Source: Bispira polyomma (lineage: Eukaryota). From it: a stretch of 64,000 nt of DNA. The DNA lies in assembly GCA_965649765.1 (NCBI GenBank), contig OZ287750.1:85312001-85376000 (forward strand), read 5' to 3'. Both the position numbers and the translations under genes were made by a program. Below, piece by piece: positions 21,216 to 33,388 of the stretch (its first letter is position 1; each line of letters begins with the position of its first letter). The notes beneath the pieces were generated by a model, which saw only the letters and a program-made list of their open reading frames with translations, did no database searches and was not told the DNA's origin.

Positions 21216-24200
21216 AACACAAGAAATGGCAATAAATATTCCCCAATTATTGCTCATGTACAAAAGTACTAGTGCCCTGGTGTGTCTATAAACTGCAGTC
21301 CATACCAGGTTACTAAAGCCCATTAATTTACTAATTACAAAGCTATTTCCATGTCATTCTCTTGACCTCTCATGACCTATCTCAATCATCTAATCTGATT
21401 CAAGGGGGAGGGGGTTCAGTTACTGCACATAAGGACCTCAGGCGTCTTTACCATTAGCCACTTTATCACATATTACTTTTCTCCATCAGAACATGATTTG
21501 TTTAGGTTAAAACTTAAAGGTCAGGGTGGTTTTCATTCTCACTTATTTATAACTATATGTACTCAAAAATATTACTTATTGGGTTATTTCTGTCTTTAAG
21601 GTTTAATATACTTTGTCTCAAGATATCTTCAGATAAGAAGTCTTTCCCATTCAACCTTAAATTGGGAGTTAAGGTCACCTTAATGAAGAGTTTGGTAGTG
21701 GAGGAGAGTGCTGAGAAATGCACAGACTTTCATCTTTATTTATAGGATGGTGAGCAGCAGTAACATAATAACCACATCAAAGTAAACATAGGCTTATTTA
21801 CAATCATGGTCTGTATTGAATGAAAATTACATCCTTAGCTGTCACAAAAAGACCATGTAAAAAGCACTTGGTCCATAGATTTTTGCTAATAGTTCCACTG
21901 GGGTTTTTTCTCTTTATGTCCCTCAAAGGGAAAATAAAATAACTTGAAAGATTTCAATTTTCTATAAAGAGTTCCAGCAAAAATAAGAAAACGAAATGTT
22001 ATTCAATGGGGTATTTAATATGAGCATAGCATTAGTTTAAGGATTCACAAGATTATTTTGCTGAAAGTAAAATACCATTGCTAACTGTACAGTTATTAAG
22101 CTTGCTATATAAAGGTTTATCTGTAATAAAAACGACAGTCATATAATTCCCTTGGATGTCAACATTGTCATTTACGGGTAGTAATGTTTATGTTAACAGT
22201 GGTCACTATATCTGACTTTAAGTATGCAATAATGTTCTTGTAAAAGGAAATACCAGAACTGTTTTAACAATAAATATAATATAGTGAGAATATTGATATC
22301 AATTAGCAACTAAAAAGAGGATGTATTGCATACTAACGAGATATTAGCCACTCTTAATCTTATTAAAGTAACACTTTAATAACAACAGAACATTTATATT
22401 ACTAAAAAGTAAGAAATGTCTATTTTTACACATTGGTAATACAAAATATTAACTATTAATTTGATTTTATGGCTGGTGAAACTGATCCAAAAGGCCAAGA
22501 GTTTTGTAATATTTTTTACACGAATATTTTTCCAGAAAAAAGGGCATATATACATAATAGAAATAGATTCTGGTTACAAAGTTTACAGATTGTTTCGTTA
22601 AGATTTATTTGATAAAAGCTTGTTATTTCTATCTTATCTTAAAATATATCTATTCTTATTTGAAAATCTCAGTGTTTGAAATCTTTGTGCAGTTTTAGGA
22701 CAATCTGAGTTAAAATAGCAATTTTCTATGTAATCTGAACTTGAGCTGGAGGATATATTAAGAATTAAATTAGTTTCATCTCCCTATATAAAGTTACATG
22801 TTCCTTGTTATTTGCCTGTCTCTCCTAATGTCACTAATTTCCCTATGATTTTAGGCCCCTTGATGTGATTTAATGATGTAGTAGACCACAGTGTTACTGA
22901 GGTAAACAACATTTGTTTAAGGTTTACTTCAGTGCCACCATATTTAGCTCCCATGTTACCATGATTTACAAGTACATGTTATATCATTAAGTTCATTTTG
23001 AGTGTGCTTCTTATTTTGTCATAATGCTTTATCATAATGCCTTCTGATGCAGCTATAGGCATCTGTGTCATTTGTTGTGTTTCTGCATTAAGATCCCATA
23101 ACTTTGACCACATTTGGATGAACATAAAATGTATTTCCTTTCCATGCATTACAAAGAATTAATTTTACATTAAAACACTTTGAAAAGGTATTTTGTTCAA
23201 ATTCATTTTCTACATTTTGTAGAGCCAAAACAACCCTTAGACACATGTTTTGGGAGTGGCCATAGTGTTCTGGACAGTTCATAACATTTTCTTAACCTAT
23301 ATTATTTATAAGGGTTCTAAAGTCAAATTACAAGTATATATTATAGAGAGCAACATTTAGTTTGTTATATTTGCAAGTAGATCACATGCACAGAAATATG
23401 AACATTTATACACTGGAGGAAGGTAAAGAAACAGGTTTCAAAAAGTTATAAGCACTCCACAGAATTATGGATACATAAATGTGTGGAATATTGAAACTGC
23501 TATCATGTCTCCATAATTTACATAGGATAACAAACGTATTTAAATAGTTTTCACTTTCAACAAACTACTACAAAATGTATTGGTGAAGGAAATCTATACT
23601 TATAAAGCACACCAAAGATGTTACAAGCGACATAAGCCCAAATAAATTCAACGAATATGAAAACAAATAAAGAAGATGATCAAATCTAACTTTTCAGTGG
23701 AGAAGAGAAAAGACAAACGAAACATATTCAAATACAAGGAATGAGGGGATGGTAGAAAAAGCCACAACAATTTGAGTCGACTGTTCAAAAATCCCAGATA
23801 GTGTGTAATTTTTGTGCAGAGGAATTCACAGACATGCAATTGTTATTAGAGTAATTTCTTTTTGCCAGGCACTCTGCTGCTTCATTTGCTCCCCCACTCC
23901 CCACTGCCCCCCATCCATCTCCTAAAATTGGGGGTACAAGAAGGATCTGACTTTGTACAGGAGCATTGTCCTGTATATGTCCTTCTAGCCTTCCATCCCA
24001 CAATTAGATTATGTGTGCGGCTGCGCGTCTTAAACTGCAGTAAATTTTGGCTGATGTCATTTAAATTTGGAAAGGAAAATCTTTGGGGGAATGATGAAAA
24101 AAGTGGTAAACAAATTTTTGTTTTGATAGAGAAAGAGAAAAAAAATGGAATTTATTTTGCATATTTAAGTGTCCTTATAATGAGAACATATTTTCTGTTT

Positions 24201-24784
24201 AGGATAAAATGGATTTAATTAGTGCCATTTTTGTGTTACTTAATTCTCTCTTCAATCCATTTTAATGCAGCATCTAGTTCCCAAGTTGCAAAAGCAGAAT
24301 ATACACATGGAACTGAAAATATATGCACAGAATGTGTTAGTATTTTAATTGATTTTGTAGGAAAATAAATCAAAAGCCAAATGCAGTTTAAAGTGAGGGT
24401 GGAAATAATATGCCCACCAATTTATGAAATATTTTAATACCAATTTAAATCATTAGAAGTAGAAACAATAACCATAAAACTTAAATTTAAATAGTTTACA
24501 AATTTTTAGAATTTACATTAACTTATATATTTATTTCATTTTTGATACCCCTTTCTCTAGAAAGATTAATACAAAAGGAGCAATGTACAGGAATTAACTT
24601 TAAAATGTTGAAGCTCATTGGCTATATCAGGTAAACTTTAAATTTCCAATGAATATTTCCACTAAAGATGTGTTTGGCGTCATGACTTGATACAGGTGGT
24701 ACTATAATTTAGCACAAAAGTTTTCATGGGTACATAAAAGTTCATGTTGCTGACAGAAAATGTAGTGACACATTTCTAGCTTAT

Positions 24785-25416
24785 TGCCGGGTCCCACTTT
24801 TATGACCTAAACTAGCGATTCCCATGCAAACTATCCAATCTACAAATCGCATGCATTCGCCATGCTTTTTAAACTTGATCTAAATGCAGTGATAACTTGT
24901 TTTTTATGCCATTAATGCAGTGACAGCAGGTTTATGTTAGATATCACTAAACTTGCCTGATTTTAAACGTTCTCATGTTATATGACTTACATATTACCTT
25001 ACAATAATACAAATAAAGTGGTTAATGTATTTTTAAGTAATTTGTGATCTTTGGGACAGCCTTGAGAACAAATCCCTACGTATCTTTATAGCTTCCGTGA
25101 GAGGTCTAATTAGGCGTGCTTTCGTTATCTTCTTGAAGCTCCTTATTCAATCACTACACTCTTGCATTTCTCAAACGTTTACCCCTTTTGTGATTATGCT
25201 GTGAGTGATTCTTTGCTGAAATTTAGTTTTTAGCGATGACTTGTGTTGCATATTTACTGCAAAGACGGTAAATTGTGCGCTTTGTGATCTCACTTGCGTT
25301 TTATGTGATTGCAATACTTTATAAACTCATTCTTAGTGTGAATATAACGACCAGCTTTGCATGGCGTTCTCACAGCAAACGTGCGGAAGTCTCTTTCACA
25401 GATCAAAAAAGTAGGA
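24785..25416. mobile_element. MITE-like insertion unique to macro-unit 2
   Basis: Absent in the paralogues (~18750, ~32075); partial TIR TCCCACTTTT / AAAAGTAGGA. Confidence 0.55.
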
Positions 25417-28400
25417 AAAGTGTATAATATCTATGAATTAGAAATGTGATTTGTAACATATCAACTAAGCCAGGATGTGTAGAACTAATTTTAGCTGTGC
25501 CTGTGCTAAATTATACTATCGTGTACTATAGTGTGTATGTAGTGTGTGTGTAGAGTGTGAATTCCAAACACCTCTTTGGGAGTCTACTTGGTGTGACATA
25601 TATATTGGTGGTGTGACACCCCTTTGAACGCCTTAGAAGTATAGATTTCTTGGTGTGACATCAAAGATATATATATTGATGAATCTAAATTTTACCTGGG
25701 AAATCTAAGCCTGGAAATTTATCTGATTTATCTTCCTTCTTACCAGTTTTAGCTCTAACTTAGACTAAGCTAAAGTGAAAGGTATGTAGAAGTCTTTTGT
25801 ACATAAAATAAACCTATATGTGTGCCAATTTATTTTAATAGAGCCTACAGCGCTGAAATCAAAAATGTAGTCAGATGTTACTTAACTTTACTCTAGTTAG
25901 AGATATGGAGACTTCAGTTTTGGGCCTGAGTACCCCCATACATTTGTAAATGTAAAATAGTATATATGCATGGCCAATAAAAAAAACTGTTTATAGATAA
26001 AGATATTGTTCATGTCTTTTTGCCAAATAATAGTGAAATAGGTTGGGGCCATCAATTTGTATTAGTCTTTCATGAAAATAAGAGGAAGGTTAATCAGGTT
26101 TATTATTCATCTTTATACAGACGTTAGATTTCATTACATCTGTGATCTGGTATTATTCACATAGCATCTTTTGGGTAAAGACGGAGATTTGGGATCAAAG
26201 AGTTCTGAATAAGGGCCAAATTATATTGAGCAGCTATGGTCTTCAACAATCCTTTTTTGAAAGAGCTTTTCTCAAATACATTTTCTTCCCAAATGAGATT
26301 GTTGCTTCCCATGTACAGGTAGATTGTTGCAATACATTGGCTAACGAAATAACCACGTTACATATGAAATACTAGAAACACATACCACATCCAAGGTGCC
26401 AAAATTCAACTATAGATCCGCCCAAAAATTTAATGGATTCTTCCTTGGCCCATGCCCCATCCCTATACCAGTCCAAGTAAGTTTCATACAGATTGCCCCA
26501 TCCCTGTATCACTCCACATTTGTTCCATGCAGATTGCCTTATCCCTGTACAACATCAGAAGATAATTGTTTCAGTAGTTTTTTGGTGTAACAAAATAAGT
26601 AACCAACCAGTGGACTACAGTCAACCACATATTTTAAATGGCTCAAATTATTGTCAGTATATTCGTTAAATAAACAACCATTGTTATCAGTGGGAAGGTC
26701 ACAATTCAATGCAGTATATTTAAAAGGTAGATTGCTGTTATTATTATTTTTAAGGATTTTTATAGCACCCTATTGAGGCACTGATTCTATGATAAGGGAA
26801 CCACATCCCTAACTGTCACAAAAATACTGTAAAAAAGAAGTTGGTCCATACATAAATACCGGAACAGGACCAAGAAATGGCAATAAATATTCCCCAATTT
26901 TTGCTCATGTACAAAGTCCTAGTGCCCTGCTGGGTCTATAAACTGCAGTCCATACCGGGTTACTAAATCCCATTAATTTACTAATTACAAAGCCATTTCC
27001 ATGTCATTCTTTTGACCTCTCATGACCTATCTCAAACATCTAACCACATTTAATGAGGGTTGGGGGGGGGGGGGGGGGGGGTTCAGTTACTGCACCTCAG
27101 GCGTCTTTACCATTATCACTTTGGCACATATTCTACAGTGGGATATCACTTTCTCCATCAGAACATGATTTGTTTAGTTAAAGACTTAATATCAGGGGGT
27201 TTTCATTTTCACTTTATTGAGCAATCTGTACTCAAAAATATTATTTAATTGGTTATTTATGTCTTTAAGGTTCAATATATCTAGTAAGACGTTCATATAG
27301 CTTTTCTCAGGGTATCCTCAAATAAGATGTCTTTTTCATACATCCTTAGATTGGAAGTTAAGACCACCCTAATGTGGCGGTGTGTGGAGAGTGCTGAGAA
27401 ATGCACAGACTTTCATCTTTATTTATAGGATGGTGAGCAGCAGTAACATAATAACCCCATCAAAGTAAACATAGGCTTATTTACAATCATGGTCCGTATT
27501 GAAAGAAAATCACATCCCTGACTGTCACAAAAAGACTAAAAAAGCACTTCATCCATAGATTTTTGCTAATAGTTCCACTGGGTTTTTCTCTTTGGATCTC
27601 TCAAAGGAAAAATAAAATAACTTAAAAGATTTCAATTTTCTATGAGGAGCTTACCAAAAAAATACAAAACATGAAATGTTATTCAATGGGGCTACTAAAA
27701 GTGATCACAGCATTAGTTTAAGGATTCACAAGGTTCTTTTTCTGAAAGTGAAATACCATTACTAACATGCAGTTATGAAAAGGTTTATCTGTAATAAAAT
27801 TACAGTCATATACTTCCCTTGGATGTCAATATTGTCATTTACTGGTACTAACGTTTATGTTTACATTGGAAATTTTTAACAGGTCACTATATCTGACTTT
27901 AAGTAGGCAATAACGTTCTTGTAAAAGGAAATACCAGAACTGCTTCAATAACAGAAATACTACAGTGTGAGTATTAATATAAATTACCAACCAAAATAAG
28001 AAGATGTATTACATACTAAGAAGATAATAGCCACTCGTAATCTTATTAAAGTGATGCTTTAAAAACAAAGGAGAATTTATATTACTAGAACATAACAATT
28101 TTCCATTTTCCCACAATGGTCATACCAAAAATTTACTACTAATTTGATTTTATCGTTGGTGAAACTTATCCAAAAGGCCAAGATTTTTGTAATAATTGTT
28201 TACACGAATATTTTTCCAGAAAAAAGGACATATATATACACAATAAAAATGGATTCTGGTTAGAAAGTTTACAAATTGTTTTGTTAAGATTTATTTGAAG
28301 AACCTTGTTATTGCTATCTTACCTTAACCGGTAAAATATATTTATTTTCATTTTTACAATTTCAGTTTTATAAAACTATGTGAGGTTTAAGGACAATCAA

Positions 28401-28835
28401 AGTGGAAGTAGCAATTTTAGTGTAATCTAAACATGAGTTTGAGGATAAATAAGATTCAGATTAGTTTTGTCTCTCTAAAAAAATTACATGTTCCTTGTTA
28501 TTTGCCTGCTTCTCCTAATGTCACTAATTTCCGTATGATTTCAGGCCCCTTGATGTGCTTTAATGATGTAGTAGACCACAGTGCTACTGAAGTAAACAAC
28601 ATTGTTTACTGCTTACTTCAGTGCCATCATATTTAGCTGCCATGTTACCATGATTTACAAGTACATATTATATCATTAAGGTCATTTTCAGTGTGCTTCT
28701 TATTTTACAGGCTTTATCATAAAGCCTTATTGTGCGGCCATGAGCCTATGTATCATTTGTCATTTCTCTGCATAAACATTTCATAATTTTGATCAAATTT
28801 AGGAAAAAATCACAAGTATTTCCTCTTAAGCATTA

Positions 28836-29345
28836 TGCTGTGGTCACACTGAGCACGTTCGTGTTACGTTTTAATTTCCATAAACAGAAGAAAGCAGAAC
28901 TAAACAAAGTTAAAATTCAGAAAAAAATCAGAATATAGGCCGTTTTGTAAACGTTCGGTACACATCTATACACGAATTTAACATGTTTTAATAGCCATTT
29001 CAATTATGTATGTATTGTTAGCCACGTGTTAAAAAACTAAACAAAGTTCTCCTCATTTTTAGTATATTTCATTTTACTGCTGTCCTTAAAGTCATATACA
29101 TAATAAATATGTGTCAAACATTTCCTGCGAACGCAACTACCATTTCAGAAAAACGTAACAAATTTTGAGCAGCATAAAATTTTTTACATTTTTGAAAGAA
29201 AAAACAGATATTAAGGGACCATCTTACTCATGCATGCTTACGTTTACTTAAGTACACTACGTTCTGCTTACTTTTCACTACGTTTTACCTTATGTTAGCA
29301 ATTTTTGGTGCGTCATCGAAACGTAAGCCCAGTGGGACCACGGCT
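28836..29345. mobile_element. PIF/Harbinger-type MITE with TTA TSD
   Basis: TIRs TGCTGTGGTCACACTGAGC / GCCCAGTGGGACCACGGCT; TTA on both sides; empty site GCATTACAAAG at ~23146. Confidence 0.85.
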
Positions 29346-29969
29346 TTACAAAGAATTAATTTTACATCAACTTGGTAATATAAGACATTGTGATCACACA
29401 AAGGATATTTCAATTAACTAATAATAAAATTAATTTTCTGTGTTTTGTGGGGCCAAAAATAACCTTAGAGAGACACCCTTCCTTTCTGGAATAGCCATAT
29501 TGTTTTTGCCAAAAACAACCCTTAGAGACACCCGTCCTTTCTGGAATGGCCATATTGTTCTGACCACAAACAACAATTAGAAACAACCCTCTTTTCTGGA
29601 ATTGTTACATTGTTGCAGACAGTCCAATAACCCTTTCTTAAACTATACAGAGCCATGACTTATTTATAAGGGTTACAAAGTCATATTACAGGTATATATA
29701 AATTATATAACATATGCTGGTCATATTTGGCAAGTAGATCAAGTGCATCAAAAATATGAGATTTTATAAACTTATGAGAAGCTTGCGAAACAGGCTAAAC
29801 GAGTTTGTAGACACTCTACTTGCTCAAGCTTGGTCATTTGCGGTGCATTACAGCTTTCCTCTACCAATACACTGAGGGGGCACAGTGGCCAAGGGTGATC
29901 AGAATCTGCGTTAACATAAACAGCCTCTCACCTTTCAGGAAAGTTGGATTAAACCACCCTGCTTATTTA

Positions 29970-30587
29970 TGCTGTGGCCACACTGAGCACTTTTGCATTA
30001 CATTGTTTTTTTGTAAACGGGAGAAAACAAAGTTAAAAATCGTGGGAAAATCGGAAAAATGTAGCAAAAATCAAATGTATTGGCCATTTTGTACAAGTTC
30101 AGTACGCATCTGTACATGTTTGTACACGCATTTAATACGTTTTAATAGCTGTTTTCATTATGTTTAACTCGTTAGCCACGTTTTAAAAATATGTTAACTT
30201 TGTTAGCCACATTTTAGAAACACGTTAGCCACGTTTCTAAAATCATTCTCCTCGTGTCTGACGTTTGTAAACCTGTTTCGTTCTTTTCGCTTTGATTATT
30301 ATTTGTAGGTATAGTTCGTTTTACTCCCATCCTTTATGTCAAATACGCAATGAATATGTGTCATATGTTTGACGCGAACGCACCACTCATTTTCAAAAAA
30401 AATTCAGCAAACGGCTAAAAACCTAAAAAATTTCAAGCAGTCCGAAAATTAAAACTTTTTTAAAAACAGGAGATAACTAAACCTAAGAGACCATTTTACT
30501 CACGTTTTGCTTATGTTTACTCACGCTTAGCTTACGTTAGCCATTTTTTGTGTGCAATCGAAACGTAAGCTCAGTGTGACCACGGGA
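29970..30587. mobile_element. Second MITE of the same family with TTA TSD, inserted in a SINE-like head (~29876-29969)
   Basis: TIRs TGCTGTGGCCACACTGAGC / GCTCAGTGTGACCACGGGA, flanked by TTA. Confidence 0.85.
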
Positions 30588-32286
30588 TTAATGTGGGAAA
30601 GTTTTAACATTGAAAGTTAATTCATAATTAAATGTTCTACTTGTATCAATCTTGCTACAAAAAGGGGATATCAAGAATGAACTACATATATAAGCTAGTG
30701 TAAATTCTTAAAATAAGTCAACTATTGAAATATTATTTTAATTTTATTGTCACAATTTCCAAAGGTAAATTTCATATGTGAGTGGTTTCCAGTATAAAGA
30801 ATACTGCACTTGTTTCCTCCACCAATAAATTGTACTCATCACAAAATACCCAGAAATGTCGCAAGCGACATGAACCTAAAAATAAATTCCACAAATGTGA
30901 AAACAAATAAAAATGATGATCAAATCTAACTTTTCTACACTTTAGTGGAGAAGAGAAAAACCTAACCAAACATAATCTATTACAAGGAAAGAAGGAATGG
31001 TGGAAAAACCACAGCAATTTTAGTCGGCTGTTCAAAAATCCTAGATAGTGTGTAATTTTTGTGCAGAGGAATTCACAGACACGCAATTGTTATTAGAGTA
31101 ATTTCTTTTTGCCAGGCACTCTGCTGCTTCATCTGCTCCCTCCTCCTTCCCACTGCCCCCCATCCATCTCCTAAAATTGAGGGTACAAGAAGGATCTGAC
31201 TTTGTACAGGAACATTGTCCTGTATATGTCCTTCTAGCCTTCCATCCCACAATTAGATCATGTGTGCGGCTGCGCGTCTTAAACTGCAGTAAATTTTAGC
31301 TGATGTCATGTAAATTCGGAAAGGAAAATCTTTGGGGGAAGGGTGGAAAAAATGGTAAACACATTTTTGTTTAGAATAAAATGGATTTAATTACTGCCAG
31401 TTTTTTGTTGTTAGTAGGTTTCTGTTGAATTATCTCTAAAATTCATTTAAATGCAGCATCCAGTTTCCATCTTGCAAAAGGGAACTTACACATGAAACTG
31501 AAAATATGGTAGTTTAAATATTTCAATTGGTTTTGCATAACATGATCACAATGTATGAAACATTTTTCTTTATTTTTATTTTGCACATACATATACATAC
31601 ACACAAAAAACATATAAACATCACAAAGTCACACAAAAGAACAATAACAAGAAAACAGCACTAGATACTATGCAGCATCTTTTAAAAAGGAACACTAACA
31701 TTGTATATTACCACATTTGTTAAAGAAATTGTTTTGCTTTTTTTTTCTTTAGTTTTTTTAGTATTAAATATTTTAATGCCAATTTGCGACACTAAAATTA
31801 AGTGGAAGTTACAACAATAAATAAAAATACAATTTCAATAGTTTTTATTAATTTTAAGAGATTTTACTACTTTATTTGTTTATTTCATTTCCTCTTTTTT
31901 TGGAGCATTTTACTGTGAATCAACTTTCAAATTGGCAATAATATGTACACATTAAATATCCAGTGACAATTGCCACTAATAGTTTTCTTAGGGTTGCACA
32001 AAAGGTTAAAATGTGTAATTGAACTGTACTTAATTAGGTTAATGTTGCTGACCCAAAATACGGTGACACATTTCTGACTCAGAAATAAGTGTAAATATTT
32101 AACAATGTATTACAAGTTCCATTTTGTAGTAACTTATTAACTTAGCCAAGATGTGTAGTATGTTATTTTAGCTATGCCCAATTATAAGGCCTGTGCTAAA
32201 TGATACTGTCATGTACTAGAGTGTGTGTATGTAGAGTGTGTTTCAGTGTGAGTTTCCACACCTCTTTAAACACCTTAAAAGTCTAC

Positions 32287-32951
32287 TTGGTGTAACACCA
32301 GATATATATTGGTGGTGGGACACCAAAGATATACATTGGTGGTGTGACACCAAAGAGATAAATTTTGGTGGTGTGACACCAAACAGATATATATTGGTGG
32401 TGTGATACCAAAGAGATAAATTTTGGTGGTGTGACACCAAACAGATATATATTGGTGGTGTGACACCAAACAGATATATTTGGTGGTGTGACACCAAAGA
32501 GATAAATTTTGGTGGTGTGACACCAAACAGATATATATATTGGTGGTGTGACACCAAAGAGATAAATTTTGGTGGTGTGACACCAAACAGATATATATTG
32601 GTGGTGTGATACCAAAGAGATAAATTTTGGTGGTGTGACACCAAACAGATATATATTGGTGGTGTGACACCAAACAGATAAATTTTGGTGGTGTGACACC
32701 AAACAGATATATATTGGTGGTGTGACACCAAACAGATATATATTGGTGGTGTGATACCAAAGAGATAAATTTTGGTGGTGTGACACCAAACAGATATATA
32801 TTGGTGGTGTGACACCAAACAGATAAATTTTGGTGGTGTGACACCAAACAGATATATATTGGTGGTGTGACACCAAACAGATATATATTGGTGGTGTGAC
32901 ACCAAACAGATAAATTTTGGTGGTGTGACACCAAACAGATATATATTGGTG
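32287..32951. repeat. 29-bp palindromic minisatellite (~22 units)
   Basis: TTGGTGGTGTGACACCAAA followed by CAGATATATA or GAGATAAATT. Confidence 0.97.
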
Positions 32952-33257
32952 ATCTAAAGTTGATCTAAAGTTGTACACCAAAGTCATCCTGGGCATAGAT
33001 TATAAGTATGCCCCCCTACCCAATTCTGCTTAAACTTAGACTCAGGCTCAAGTGAATCATATGTAGAACTCTCTTTGCGTGGAATCAACCTATATTTGTG
33101 ACCATTCATTTTAATACACCCTTCAGTGTTGAATTAAAATATCTAGTTAAATTTTACTTAACGTCACCTTAGCCAGAGATAGGGAGACTTCAATTTTAAG
33201 TCTTAGTTTGGCTCAAGATCGTTGGAAAATACGGCCCCTAACATATATTAATCATAC

Positions 33258-33388
33258 NNNNNNNNNNNNNNNNNNNNNNNNNNNNNNNNNNNNNNNNNNN
33301 NNNNNNNNNNNNNNNNNNNNNNNNNNNNNNNNNNNNNNNNNNNNNNNNNNNNNNNNNNNNNNNNNNNNNNNNNNNNNNNNNNNNNNNN
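33258..33388. other. Assembly gap (N run)
   Basis: N bases. Confidence 1.

Noticed and set aside
23785-24218. Small ORFs in conserved block II as a triplicated peptide gene
   Set aside because: Frame-disrupting indels between copies and no recognisable domain.
32243-32996. Three 219-237 aa ORFs and a CRISPR-like appearance of the hairpin repeat
   Set aside because: The ORFs are translations of the 29-bp satellite in all three frames. There are no unique spacers and no cas genes, and the context is eukaryotic.
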